NCBI GenBank assembly: GCA_023665205.1 | Contig: JAMPEJ010000005.1 | Span: 89,273 to 153,272, forward strand | Source of the DNA: Corallococcus sp. | GTDB lineage: Bacteria > Bacillota > Clostridia > Christensenellales > CAG-314 | Direction: 5' to 3' | Length of the DNA stretch: 64,000 bases | Shown here: piece after piece, positions 1 to 8,746 of the stretch | Layout of the letters: each line of letters starts with the position of its first letter | Position numbering within the stretch: the first letter of the stretch is position 1 | Notes under the pieces: model-generated | Databases searched by the model: none | What the model saw: the letters and a program-made list of their open reading frames with translations, nothing else | Told to the model about the DNA's origin: nothing | Position numbers and translations under genes: made by a program

Positions 1-99
1 AACAAATTATCCGAGATTTGTTTGAAAAGCCGATACGGCTATTACAATTACGTTACAACACTTTTCGCTTTTATTTTGTTTTTGCAACGTGCAACTAAT

Positions 100-756
100 T
101 TAACCTCTAAAATCGTATTTTGGCTTGTAACCAACTGTTTCCAAAAAAGCGCGCGCAATTATCATGCTGCCTATGCGTCCCGGGTGAACTCTATCCCAAG
201 AGATATACGCAGGATAACGCTGCTGCAATATTCGATTGAAAGCCAGTTGCAGATCCACTACCGGAATACTGCGTTCGGCGGCGACGCTTTTGCATATTTC
301 AGCATATTCGTCCATCCTTGCGCGCATCGGATCTGCGGCATTAGGCTCTAAATAATACGGCGTCATAAAAATAAGTTTTGCCGAAGTTTTGTTTGCAATT
401 TTCACCAAGTTATTTTTATAATCTGCGGGTGCTACCGCTTCTTCCAAACGCATCGGACTGTCAAATTGCCGCCACACGTCGTTTGCGCCGATCAGTACGA
501 CAACGATATCGGGAGCCAGCGCGTTGATATCGGAATCCCAACGGGCAAGTAAATCTCGCGAAGTATTGCCGCTTACGCCCATGTTTACACAGCGTAAATT
601 CAACTCGGGATAATCCACAGACAAAAAGGTATCTACAAGAGAGACAAAACCGTTGCCAAGTTCGCCATGCAGCCCTTCGCCTACGGGATACGCGCGACCG
701 TCGTCGGCAACGGAGTCTCCCGCAAAAACTATTTTGTCGTTTTTATTAAATAACAT
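100..756 (-). CDS. SGNH/GDSL-family hydrolase
   Basis: ORF 100..777 trimmed to ATG 756 (GGAGAGG upstream). Motifs: FAGDSVAD (block I Ser), GANDV, C-terminal DRVHP (D-x-x-H). Confidence 0.8.
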   Translation of the reverse strand: MLFNKNDKIVFAGDSVADDGRAYPVGEGLHGELGNGFVSLVDTFLSVDYPELNLRCVNMGVSGNTSRDLLARWDSDINALAPDIVVVLIGANDVWRQFDSPMRLEEAVAPADYKNNLVKIANKTSAKLIFMTPYYLEPNAADPMRARMDEYAEICKSVAAERSIPVVDLQLAFNRILQQRYPAYISWDRVHPGRIGSMIIARAFLETVGYKPKYDFRG

Positions 757-867
757 ATTACCTCTCCTCAAAAGCAATAGTATAATTTCGATATGACTGT
801 AATTGCATTACTAAGCGCAATTTTTTTCAACGGATCAATCAATACGCCGATTTGAAAAGTATTGCAT

Positions 868-2403
868 CTATTCGCGCTCGTCCGGTTTTTCCGTCGGCTC
901 CTCCGTCGACATTTCAGAACCCGAAACGCTACCGTCGGCGCCGCCGTCGCTTTCACCAGAAATTTGTTCCGCAACCTCGGAACCTTCCGCAACCGCTTTA
1001 CGCCTTCTTTTGAATACGTTTTTGCGGAACAAAACAAGATTCAACACCACGAAAGCCACGCCCACGATGATGCAGGTAATAAGCGCGTTAAGGTCGCTTT
1101 GCGGGGCAAAATTGGCCAGGAACATCAGGGGAAGTCCAAATACCATTGCGGGAATATTTTGAAAAATCAAATTTTCGCTTGCGGGCGTGCGGTAAGTACC
1201 GTCGATTTCACGAAGTAATATCATACCGGTGCTTGCGGTACCGGTAAGCATACCGAAAAATGCCAAAAACTGCTCGTGTCGGTAAGAGGAAAAATGCCGC
1301 TTGCAAACAAAGTTGACGTAGAATACTGTCACAAGCGCTCCGGCTACTGCCATTATCAGCAAAATAGCCCAATACGACGCCAATAACGGTATTCTTATTG
1401 CGGCAACGCCGGCCACGATCATAAGGTCAAAGGCAAAGCCCCCTATTCTGTCCATCATAAAGTTGTTGACGACTTGCTTTTTAATAATTTTTTTGTCGTA
1501 CAGTTTGTTGAGAACGGCTTTGACGGGTATAGTCAGCAACACGCCTAGGAAGAAGTTGAATCCGAACAACGTTGTTGCAAAGGAAGGAATAAGTTTTGAC
1601 AATCCGTACATGATTCCGAAAGACGCACCGTAAACCGCCAGTACGATCGCTACCTGCACAGAAAATTTGTCCATAGAGGAAACAAGCGAGATCTCGTTTT
1701 CGTCCTCGTAATCGGACAGACTGTTGGACAGTTGCTTATCAACGATTTTGATTTGACCTTTGCGGCGCATTACGTTGATATAAATTACTCCGACTATACA
1801 CGCGACCAAAAAGCCGAGAGCCGCTATCGTAAGCCCGAAATTACTTCCGCCCACAAAACCGAAACTTTCAAACGTCTTACCGAAGTTCATTGCCTGCCCC
1901 GTTCCCTGTCCGAAACCGAACGCAAGCAAAATGCCTGCCGCAGAAATGAGACCGTCCGTATTAAACAACCGCACGGCAATAAGCGTTACCGCAAGCCCTG
2001 CAAACGCTTGAATAAGATATCCGTTGACGGTTGTCAATCCGGAATCGAACACCTCGCCCGCACGTTGTTTGGTAAATTTCTTTTTGGAAGTGCGCATGCC
2101 GGAAGCCACAAAACCTATGCCCAAGCAATGATAGGTTATCAATTCCAAAATTTCCATTCCGCTGTAAGCGCCGTTACTGCCGTCGCCGCCGAACAGCGGC
2201 AAATTGAATAAATAATCGCCGGCACAATAATACGTGATCGTAGAGATTATCAACAAAATAAGACCGCCCATTACCGATACCGGAATAAGCGTCTTTCTTA
2301 AAAACGGCACGAAACGCCGCAGTATATTGCCTATAAGCATACTGAACAGCAAGACCGCCAGTATTATTATAAAAGCCCATGCACTCAAATCAGCATAACT
2401 CAT
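868..2403 (-). CDS. Sodium/glutamate symporter family (GltS-like) membrane transporter with acidic Ser/Glu-rich C-terminal tail
   Basis: ORF 868..2451 trimmed to ATG 2403 (AAGGAG 7 nt upstream). Polytopic. GFGQGTGQA and LTGTASTGM segments resemble the two GltS re-entrant loop motifs. Confidence 0.7.
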   Translation of the reverse strand: MSYADLSAWAFIIILAVLLFSMLIGNILRRFVPFLRKTLIPVSVMGGLILLIISTITYYCAGDYLFNLPLFGGDGSNGAYSGMEILELITYHCLGIGFVASGMRTSKKKFTKQRAGEVFDSGLTTVNGYLIQAFAGLAVTLIAVRLFNTDGLISAAGILLAFGFGQGTGQAMNFGKTFESFGFVGGSNFGLTIAALGFLVACIVGVIYINVMRRKGQIKIVDKQLSNSLSDYEDENEISLVSSMDKFSVQVAIVLAVYGASFGIMYGLSKLIPSFATTLFGFNFFLGVLLTIPVKAVLNKLYDKKIIKKQVVNNFMMDRIGGFAFDLMIVAGVAAIRIPLLASYWAILLIMAVAGALVTVFYVNFVCKRHFSSYRHEQFLAFFGMLTGTASTGMILLREIDGTYRTPASENLIFQNIPAMVFGLPLMFLANFAPQSDLNALITCIIVGVAFVVLNLVLFRKNVFKRRRKAVAEGSEVAEQISGESDGGADGSVSGSEMSTEEPTEKPDERE

Positions 2404-3616
2404 CCGCATTCTCCTTATTTTGCTCCGTGCGCAACTTACGCAATCCGTCAAAAATATGTACGTATTTGATTGCGCAAAACCGCTTATTGCCTTTTACCTG
2501 CAAAATTTTGCCGCCGTAATAAAAATTAAACTTTTTCTTTCCTACCATGGTCAAAGCCGAAACGTCTTTGAGCGGATAGACAAAATGTTTGTTTCCTTTG
2601 GAAATAACAAGATTTTCTCTATTTATCGAAACGGTATCGCCTGCCAGTTTTTTCTTATTCTTCAATTTGACGCTTTCGCGGAAAACTATCCCGCGGTCTT
2701 CGACCGTCAGTCCGTTCCAAACCTTTTTGGCTATCTCCTCTCGTTCCCATTCGTACCACTCGTAAATGCGGGAGAAACCCTCTATCGGCGGATCTATTGT
2801 CAGTTTTTCCGTATAGACGGATCCCGTCTTGCAATGCTTACAGCCGAATTTATGCTTAGCTGAAACTATACCGGAAACAGTATTGCACACCGGACACATA
2901 TACAGTGCGCGCTCGATATATTCCGCGCGTTTGCGGCTTTTGAACGACGTGCCGGAAACGGTGTCGTCCACTAAAAGTTGACTTTTAATAACGTCGAAAA
3001 GTTCCTCTGCAGAAAAAGCGTCCAATTCCTCGACGGAAATAATCCTACGCACGTAGCCGCGGCTTTTCCCCTTTCTGATAGAGTGCCCCCAACGAGGATC
3101 TGTACCGTAGCCGCCCTCTATATTGTAAATTACAAGCGGCACTTTCAAAGCCTTGGACAGTTTCGCAATGGCGTCGGTCATCACCCATTGTTTGCCGGAA
3201 ATGGTACGGTTGCCTTCGGGAAACACACCCACGGAACCGCCCTCCTTTATTACGCGAAAAACGTTTTTTAATGCGGCAATATCGTTGAAAGATTTGCTTT
3301 TGGGTATAGGCGCGACAAGATGCCGGATCAGCGGCGACACTTTCAAATTAAACAAGTCATCCGAAGCCATAAAATAAATAGGAAATTTGAAGGACAGCGA
3401 AAGAATAAACGGATCCATCGTGGTTTGGTGATTGCAAACGATCAGGTACGGACCTTTTTTAAGTCCGCTAGCCTCTGCCTTGTAACGGTAGCGAATTTTT
3501 GCGTGCAAACGAATTATCGGACGCAAAAAAGCAAATACTCGTGCGTGCCTGCCGTTGGTCCATTTTTTATTTTTCTTATGCTGTTTCACTTTATCACCAC
3601 GTATAATCCGCGCCAA
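2390..3616 (-). CDS. Lysophospholipid (1-acyl-sn-glycerol-3-phosphate, PlsC-like) acyltransferase with C-terminal extension containing a CPVC...CKHC zinc-ribbon-like motif
   Basis: NHQTTMDP (H-x4-D) and FPEGNRT acyltransferase motifs. The annotated start is TTG without a clear SD, so the start is uncertain. Overlaps the downstream transporter start by 14 nt. Confidence 0.75.
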   Translation of the reverse strand: MARIIRGDKVKQHKKNKKWTNGRHARVFAFLRPIIRLHAKIRYRYKAEASGLKKGPYLIVCNHQTTMDPFILSLSFKFPIYFMASDDLFNLKVSPLIRHLVAPIPKSKSFNDIAALKNVFRVIKEGGSVGVFPEGNRTISGKQWVMTDAIAKLSKALKVPLVIYNIEGGYGTDPRWGHSIRKGKSRGYVRRIISVEELDAFSAEELFDVIKSQLLVDDTVSGTSFKSRKRAEYIERALYMCPVCNTVSGIVSAKHKFGCKHCKTGSVYTEKLTIDPPIEGFSRIYEWYEWEREEIAKKVWNGLTVEDRGIVFRESVKLKNKKKLAGDTVSINRENLVISKGNKHFVYPLKDVSALTMVGKKKFNFYYGGKILQVKGNKRFCAIKYVHIFDGLRKLRTEQNKENADELC

Positions 3617-3929
3617 AGGATTATCGCAAAATCTGCGATTATTGCTTACGGTTATTATTTAATAGTAACTTACTTTTCTTAAAAATATCTTGTCCTAACG
3701 TGAGTAAACGAAAAATATTTTTACCGCATGCATATGCTGCTTTTCGATAAAATCGCAGTTGCGGAACAAGACGACGTTTTAGATATTTTACAACAAATCC
3801 ATACCTCTTTGCAACCTTTTGCGACACTTTTGCGGCATATAAAAACGTTTAACAAACCCGACAAGCGACAGATGCCACACCGTATTGATGCACCTATTAT
3901 GCTCTGTAAAAATAGCAGTTTGCTCAGCA

Positions 3930-3962
3930 AACAGAAAGCGATACGAAATAAATTCGCATCGC
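3930..3962 (-). terminator. Rho-independent terminator downstream of ppdK
   Basis: On the minus strand: GCGATGCGAA-loop-TTCGTATCGC (10 bp, one G-U pair) followed by TTTCTGTTT. Confidence 0.6.
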
Positions 3963-3993
3963 CTTTGGTATTTGCTTTATTTATGCTCAAAAA

Positions 3994-6639
3994 CTATTTT
4001 CTGGGGTTCTTTATATTAGCTTGCGCTGCAGCCAAACGCGCAATGGGGACGCGGTAAGGCGAGCAACTTACGTACGTAAGTCCGATCTTATGCGCAAACT
4101 CGATACTGCTGGGATCGCCGCCGTGTTCGCCGCAAATACCGCATTGCAGTTCGGGGCGGGTTTCACGTCCCAAAGTTACCGCCATCTTCATCAGTTTGCC
4201 TACGCCTACTTGGTCAAGTCTTGCAAACGGATCGCTTTCGTAAATCTTTGCTCCGTAGTAACTGGGCAGGAATTTACTTGCGTCGTCACGGCTGAAGCCA
4301 AACGTCATTTGCGTAAGGTCGTTGGTACCGAAGCTGAAGAACTCTGCTTCTTTGGCGATTTCGTCAGCCGTAAGCGCAGCGCGCGGAATCTCGATCATAG
4401 TTCCGACTTGATAGGTCAACTTGGACTTGGCCGCTTTGATAACTGCGTCTGCAGTTGCGACTACCGTCTTTTTGACGTATGCAAGTTCCTTGATTTCGCC
4501 GATAAGCGGAATCATAATTTCGGGAACGACGTTCCAACGGGGATGACGTTTCTTTACAGCCAACGCCGCTTTGATAACGGCCTTGGTTTGCATAACGGCA
4601 ATTTCCGGATAGGTTACCGCAAGACGGCATCCGCGGTGTCCCATCATGGGGTTGAATTCGTGCAAACTGTTGCACAACTGCTTGATGTAGTCCACGGTCT
4701 TGCCTTTGGCTTTTGCCAAAAGTTCGATGTCCTTTTCGTCGGTCGGCACAAATTCGTGAAGCGGCGGATCGAGGAAACGGATAATAACGGGTTTGCCTTC
4801 CAAAGCCTCCATAAGGCCTTCAAAGTCCGCCTGTTGCAAAGGCTCGATTTTTTCCAATGCCTTTTCGCGTTCTTCTACCGTTTCGCTGCAAATCATCTCG
4901 CGGAATTTGTCGATACGACCCTCGCCGAAGAACATATGCTCGGTACGGCACAGACCTATACCTTGCGCGCCAAGTTCCGCAGCGCGTTGAGCGTCGGCGG
5001 GAGTATCGGCGTTAGTACGGACTTCCAACGCTTTGTATTTGTCAGCCAACTTCATGATACGTCCAAAGTAGCCGCTGTTGGGGTCTGCGGGAACGGTGGC
5101 AATTGCAATATCGTAGATTTTACCTGTGGAGCCGTCCAAGGAGATAGGATCTCCTTCGTGGAAGACTTTGCCGCCCAACTCGAACTTTTTGTTGGCTTCG
5201 TCCATTTTGATATCGCCGCAACCGGAAACGCAGCAAGTACCCATACCGCGGGCGACAACCGCCGCGTGAGAAGTTTGTCCGCCGCGTACCGTCAAGATGC
5301 CCTGCGCGTACTTCATGCCTTCGATGTCTTCGGGAGAAGTTTCAAGACGTACAAGAATAACCTTTTTCTTTGCTTTGCCGAGCGTAACGGCGTCTTCCGG
5401 AGTAAATACTACCGTACCTGCCGCCGCACCGGGGCTTGCGGCAATACCTTTACCGACAACGTTATTCTTATCGGCGGCAGCCAAAGCCTTTACGTCAAAC
5501 GTCGGGTGAAGCAACATATCGAGCGACTTGGCGTCTATTTGCATAAGCGCTTCCTGCTCCGTTATCATCTTTTCGTCAATAAGGTCGCAGGCGATTTTGA
5601 TAGCGGCAGCAGCCGTGCGCTTGCCGTTACGAGTTTGCAGCATGTACAGTTTGCCTTGTTCGATGGTAAACTCCATATCCTGCATATCGCGGTAGTGATG
5701 TTCAAGAGTATTGCAAACTTCCAAAAATTGTTTGTAAACGTCGGGCAAAACTTCCGCCATTTTGGAAATAGGCATCGGGGTGCGAACGCCGGCAACGACG
5801 TCTTCGCCCTGAGCGTTCATCAAAAACTCGCCCATTAGTCCTTTTTCACCGGTAGCAGGGTTACGGGTGAAAGCAACGCCTGTGCCGCAGTCTTCGCCCA
5901 TATTGCCGAACGCCATCATTTGTACGTTTACGGCAGTACCCCAACTGTACGGAATGTCGTGGTCCATACGGTATATGTTTGCACGGGGGTTATCCCACGA
6001 ACGGAACACCGCTTCGATAGCGGCAAACAGTTGCTCTTTGGGATCCGTCGGGAAAGCCTTGCCGATTTTTGCTTTGTATTCTTTTTTGAAAGCGTTTGCA
6101 AGTTCTTTCAAGTCTTCGGCAGTCAAATCCACGTCGTAAACGACACCTTTTTTCTCCTTCATTTCGTCGATAAGAACTTCGAAGTATTTTTTACCTACTT
6201 CCATAACGACGTCGGAGAACATTTGAATAAAGCGTCTGTAGCAGTCCCACGCCCAACGGGGGTTGCCGGATTTTGCAGCGATAACTTCCACTACGTCTTC
6301 GTTAAGTCCCAAATTCAAGATGGTGTCCATCATGCCGGGCATGGAAGCGCGCGCGCCGGAACGCACGGAAACAAGCAACGGATTTTCTTTGTCGCCGAAC
6401 TTTTTGCCCGTGATTTTTTCCATCTTGGCAATGGCGTCCATAATCTGTCCCTTAATTTCGTCGTTAATCTTTCTGCCGTCCTCGTAGTACTGCGTGCAAG
6501 CCTCGGTACTGATGGTAAATCCTTGCGGTACGGGCAAACCGATTTTGGTCATTTCGGCAAGGTTTGCGCCTTTGCCGCCCAACAGTTCGCGCATCGAAGC
6601 GTCGCCTTCGCTAAACAAATAGGTGTATTTTTTAGCCAC
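3994..6639 (-). CDS. ppdK: Pyruvate, phosphate dikinase
   Basis: Full-length PPDK-like sequence: LLGGKGANLAEM, the phospho-His region GGQTSHAAVVARG, and the PEP-utilising C-terminal domain. GTG start at 6639 lies 9 nt after AGGAGG; the upstream part of ORF 3994..6702 is non-coding-like. Confidence 0.95.
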   Translation of the reverse strand: MAKKYTYLFSEGDASMRELLGGKGANLAEMTKIGLPVPQGFTISTEACTQYYEDGRKINDEIKGQIMDAIAKMEKITGKKFGDKENPLLVSVRSGARASMPGMMDTILNLGLNEDVVEVIAAKSGNPRWAWDCYRRFIQMFSDVVMEVGKKYFEVLIDEMKEKKGVVYDVDLTAEDLKELANAFKKEYKAKIGKAFPTDPKEQLFAAIEAVFRSWDNPRANIYRMDHDIPYSWGTAVNVQMMAFGNMGEDCGTGVAFTRNPATGEKGLMGEFLMNAQGEDVVAGVRTPMPISKMAEVLPDVYKQFLEVCNTLEHHYRDMQDMEFTIEQGKLYMLQTRNGKRTAAAAIKIACDLIDEKMITEQEALMQIDAKSLDMLLHPTFDVKALAAADKNNVVGKGIAASPGAAAGTVVFTPEDAVTLGKAKKKVILVRLETSPEDIEGMKYAQGILTVRGGQTSHAAVVARGMGTCCVSGCGDIKMDEANKKFELGGKVFHEGDPISLDGSTGKIYDIAIATVPADPNSGYFGRIMKLADKYKALEVRTNADTPADAQRAAELGAQGIGLCRTEHMFFGEGRIDKFREMICSETVEEREKALEKIEPLQQADFEGLMEALEGKPVIIRFLDPPLHEFVPTDEKDIELLAKAKGKTVDYIKQLCNSLHEFNPMMGHRGCRLAVTYPEIAVMQTKAVIKAALAVKKRHPRWNVVPEIMIPLIGEIKELAYVKKTVVATADAVIKAAKSKLTYQVGTMIEIPRAALTADEIAKEAEFFSFGTNDLTQMTFGFSRDDASKFLPSYYGAKIYESDPFARLDQVGVGKLMKMAVTLGRETRPELQCGICGEHGGDPSSIEFAHKIGLTYVSCSPYRVPIARLAAAQANIKNPRK

Positions 6640-6822
6640 TGTTTTATTCCTCCTGAATAAATGTAATCTGTATTTTCGAAACAATAACCATATTGTCTCC
6701 AAACACCGCTATTTTACAATATTTTGACAAAATACACAAGTGTTTTTGCGGGCTTTTCGACGGCAAAATATGCAGCGTTTTTTTGCAGTGCAAATTTTTG
6801 AAAATTAGGTGCGCAAAAACTG

Positions 6823-6851
6823 TTGCACAAATACAAAAAATGTGCTAAACT
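6823..6851 (+). promoter_or_regulatory. Sigma-70/SigA-type promoter for rpsT
   Basis: TTGCAC, 17 nt spacer, TAAACT with upstream TG. Lies ~45 nt before the rpsT start. Confidence 0.5.
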
Positions 6852-6895
6852 GTGTTAGCATAAAATGTGTAGAACTATGAACCAAGGAGATATCG

Positions 6896-7456
6896 ATGCC
6901 TAACATTAAATCTGCAGAAAAAAGAGTAAACGTATCTGCAACCAAAAAACTTCAAAATCAAAAAATCCGTTCTCAAATGATGACGGCTATCAAAAAATTC
7001 AACGCGGCTATTTCCGACGGCGACGTGGAATTGGCAAAATCTCTTTTGCCCCTCACCGCTTCCAAAATAGACAATGCCGCAGTCAAAAACGTTATCCACA
7101 AAAACGCGGCAAACCGCAAAAAGGCACAAATCGCCAAGACTCTTTCTCAATTAGAGCGCGGTATCGTCGTTGTAAAAGTTGACGCAAAGACTTTGAAACA
7201 AGCCGAGCAAAAAGCCGCGGCAGCGCGCAAGGCGGAAGAAGCCGAAGCAATCAAAGCGCAAAGAAACGAAGCCAAAAAGGCTAAGGAAGCCGCAAAAGCT
7301 CCCGCTCCGAAAAAGGCCGCGAAAGCCCCTGCAAAGAAAACGGACAAAGCGGAAAAAGCCGCAGCTCCCGCTGCAGAGCCTAAAAAGCGCGCGACAAAAA
7401 AAGCCGCAACTACCGCTCCTGTCGAACCTGCGGATGACGGCGACGAAATCAAATAA
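6896..7456 (+). CDS. rpsT: 30S ribosomal protein S20 with ~100 aa Ala/Lys/Glu/Pro-rich C-terminal extension
   Basis: N-terminal ~85 aa are canonical S20 (MPNIKSAEKRV...HKNAANRKKAQIAK). AAGGAG RBS. The remainder is low-complexity with KAPAPKKAAKAPAKK-type repeats. Confidence 0.9.
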   Translation: MPNIKSAEKRVNVSATKKLQNQKIRSQMMTAIKKFNAAISDGDVELAKSLLPLTASKIDNAAVKNVIHKNAANRKKAQIAKTLSQLERGIVVVKVDAKTLKQAEQKAAAARKAEEAEAIKAQRNEAKKAKEAAKAPAPKKAAKAPAKKTDKAEKAAAPAAEPKKRATKKAATTAPVEPADDGDEIK

Positions 7457-7474
7457 TTTACATAAACAAATAGG

Positions 7475-7502
7475 CGGCGTCCAAACGGAACGCCGTTTTT
7501 TG
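7475..7502 (+). terminator. Rho-independent terminator of rpsT
   Basis: CGGCGTCC-AAAC-GGAACGCCG stem followed by a T7 run. Confidence 0.8.
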
Positions 7503-7629
7503 TTGTTTATTTGCATGCACGGTTAACGTCACCAAAACTATTGAATAATTGTTCTTCTTAAGTCGCACTACCGCAACTGCTTTATTTACAAAAGATTGCA
7601 TAAACAAAAACTTTTTGCGAAATAAAATG

Positions 7630-7658
7630 TTGACAATTATTTATGCATTTGATATAAT
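7630..7658 (+). promoter_or_regulatory. Consensus sigma-70 promoter for the tRNA-Thr transcription unit
   Basis: TTGACA (7630-7635), exactly 17 nt spacer, TATAAT (7653-7658). Confidence 0.75.
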
Positions 7659-7671
7659 CTGTTGGTAAGTG

Positions 7672-7695
7672 AATATGCTGGTGTGGCTCAGTCGG
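7672..7695 (+). repeat. 24 nt direct duplicate of the tRNA-Thr 5' flank, acceptor strand and D-stem (pseudo 5' half)
   Basis: AATATGCTGGTGTGGCTCAGTCGG is identical to 7808..7831 (period 136 nt). It diverges inside the D-loop. Confidence 0.9.
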
Positions 7696-7812
7696 CGCGA
7701 CGCGTAAAGCAAATTGCATAGTATGCAATTTGCAGCCCAAGCGGTCAAGAGCTATGCTCGCAGACGGGGAGAGCCTTGGGCTCTACCGACGTTATCGAAA
7801 AAAAACTAAATA

Positions 7813-7888
7813 TGCTGGTGTGGCTCAGTCGGTAGAGCAATTGATTCGTAATCAATAGGTCGGGGGTTCGATTCCCTTCACCAGCACC
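7813..7888 (+). tRNA. tRNA-Thr (anticodon CGT)
   Basis: 76 nt cloverleaf read by hand. Acceptor GCTGGTG/CACCAGC; D arm GCTC-AGTCGGTA-GAGC; anticodon arm ATTGA-TTCGTAA-TCAAT; T loop TTCGATT; encoded CCA. Confidence 0.9.
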
Positions 7889-7890
7889 AA

Positions 7891-7919
7891 TACCTTGACT
7901 AATTCGGTCAAGGTATTTT
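7891..7919 (+). terminator. Rho-independent terminator after tRNA-Thr
   Basis: ACCTTGAC-TAATTCG-GTCAAGGT followed by ATTTTT. Confidence 0.8.
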
Positions 7920-7955
7920 TCATTACAGGTAACGATCGGGCCCACCCCGACTGGG

Positions 7956-8014
7956 TTCGCTCAGCCGAGCGACATAGGATCGAACGCCACGACAGTATTT
8001 CCTTCACCTGCACC
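7956..8014 (+). repeat. tRNA-trailing motif (hairpin TCGCTC-AGCC-GAGCGA, then ATAGG..CGAACGCCACG) followed by a degenerate copy of the tRNA-Thr 3' end
   Basis: ATTTCCTTCACCTGCACCA (7996-8014) versus the tRNA 3' end ATTCCCTTCACCAGCACCA: 17/19 identical. The motif is shared with 61439..61479. Confidence 0.7.
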
Positions 8015-8318
8015 AAAAAAGTCTATCAAAGTTGGTAGACTTTTCTTTTATCAATGTAGAATACCTATTGGCTTTCCGCTCGACAACACTAACTGCACCG
8101 CGATATAAAAACATATTTTCCGCCACTTTAACGAGTGATTTCCGTTTTGTAAAGTTACGGCAAATTCCTATCACGACAGATACAGACGAGACACAATATC
8201 CGCGACACTAAACAAACACATTATTTGAAATACTTTCGCGATAAGATGCGCACCGAAAAATTTGCACTGCTCTTGCGCAACTAATCGTCTGCAATCCGAC
8301 TTTGAATAAAATCGGTGC

Positions 8319-8626
8319 TTACTTACTGGGCGCAGTATTAGCCGTTTCATTTTTAATTTGCTCCAATTCACTTTCATCTCTCAATATTTGTTCAAGTGCC
8401 GATACTTTACTATAAATTTCAGGAATACACTCTAGGGCAATTTTAATACGCTTATCTCTTGACGAACGACGGCAGTACCATTTATCACAACCGTCATTTT
8501 TTCCATGATCTTATTGTGAAAATTACAAAAGCCTTTATCTTCCTTTAACAAACAACAAAAGCCTCTTGTATAATAAGCTTTGAAATATCCGCAACTCCAA
8601 CACTTCTTCTTATCTTTGTTTTACAT
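8319..8626 (-). pseudogene. Disrupted gene for a ~100 aa Cys-rich small protein (CWSCGYF...GFCNFH...GCDKWYC)
   Basis: AGGGAG RBS, then ATG followed immediately by TAA. The reading frame continues (NKDKKKCWSCGYFKAYYTRGFCC...), then needs a +1 shift in an A6 run (about 8494-8499) to reach ...DGCDKWYCRRSSRDKRIKIALECIPEIYSKVSALEQIL...SK*. Confidence 0.6.
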
Positions 8627-8746
8627 TTCTTCTACTCCCTTTTATACTTAAAATTTTGCAGCCGTTCATAACTAAGGTTATGTTTTAATCATTTTACAAC
8701 CATGGTATTAAAATGTCAATAGAATTAACGAAGGAGTAATTTAGAT

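Noticed and set aside
4021-5838. Very long antisense ORFs opposite well-supported genes: 4021-5838 opposite ppdK; 30564-32348 opposite glgP; 33226-34791 opposite glgB; 56748-57920 opposite the GH95-like gene; 12479-13384, 35200-36057, 21472-22404 and 49469-50374.
   Set aside because: Each lies entirely inside a gene with unmistakable family motifs on the other strand. Their translations are Arg/Phe/Val-rich with no recognisable motifs and no RBS. This is a typical consequence of codon bias suppressing stops on the complementary frame.
7147-7516. ORFs 7147-7452 and 7151-7516, antisense to the S20 tail.
   Set aside because: These are low-complexity mirror frames of the GCN/AAR-rich tail-coding sequence. 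The S20 frame is continuous with a canonical N-terminus and terminator.
7672-7812. The tRNA-like leader as a T-box riboswitch, or as an intron-containing or split tRNA.
   Set aside because: There is no downstream aminoacyl-tRNA synthetase or amino-acid gene and no T-box consensus. The duplicated segment ends in the D-loop, and the following sequence cannot be spliced into a cloverleaf.
7745-7945. ORF 7745-7945 (minus strand, 66 aa).
   Set aside because: It overlaps the tRNA-Thr gene and its terminator on the opposite strand, and it has no RBS.
8171-8377. ORF 8171-8377 (68 aa), adjacent to the Cys-rich pseudogene.
   Set aside because: It is an alternative frame of the pseudogene 3' end that runs on into non-coding sequence. 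It has no RBS and an implausible composition.
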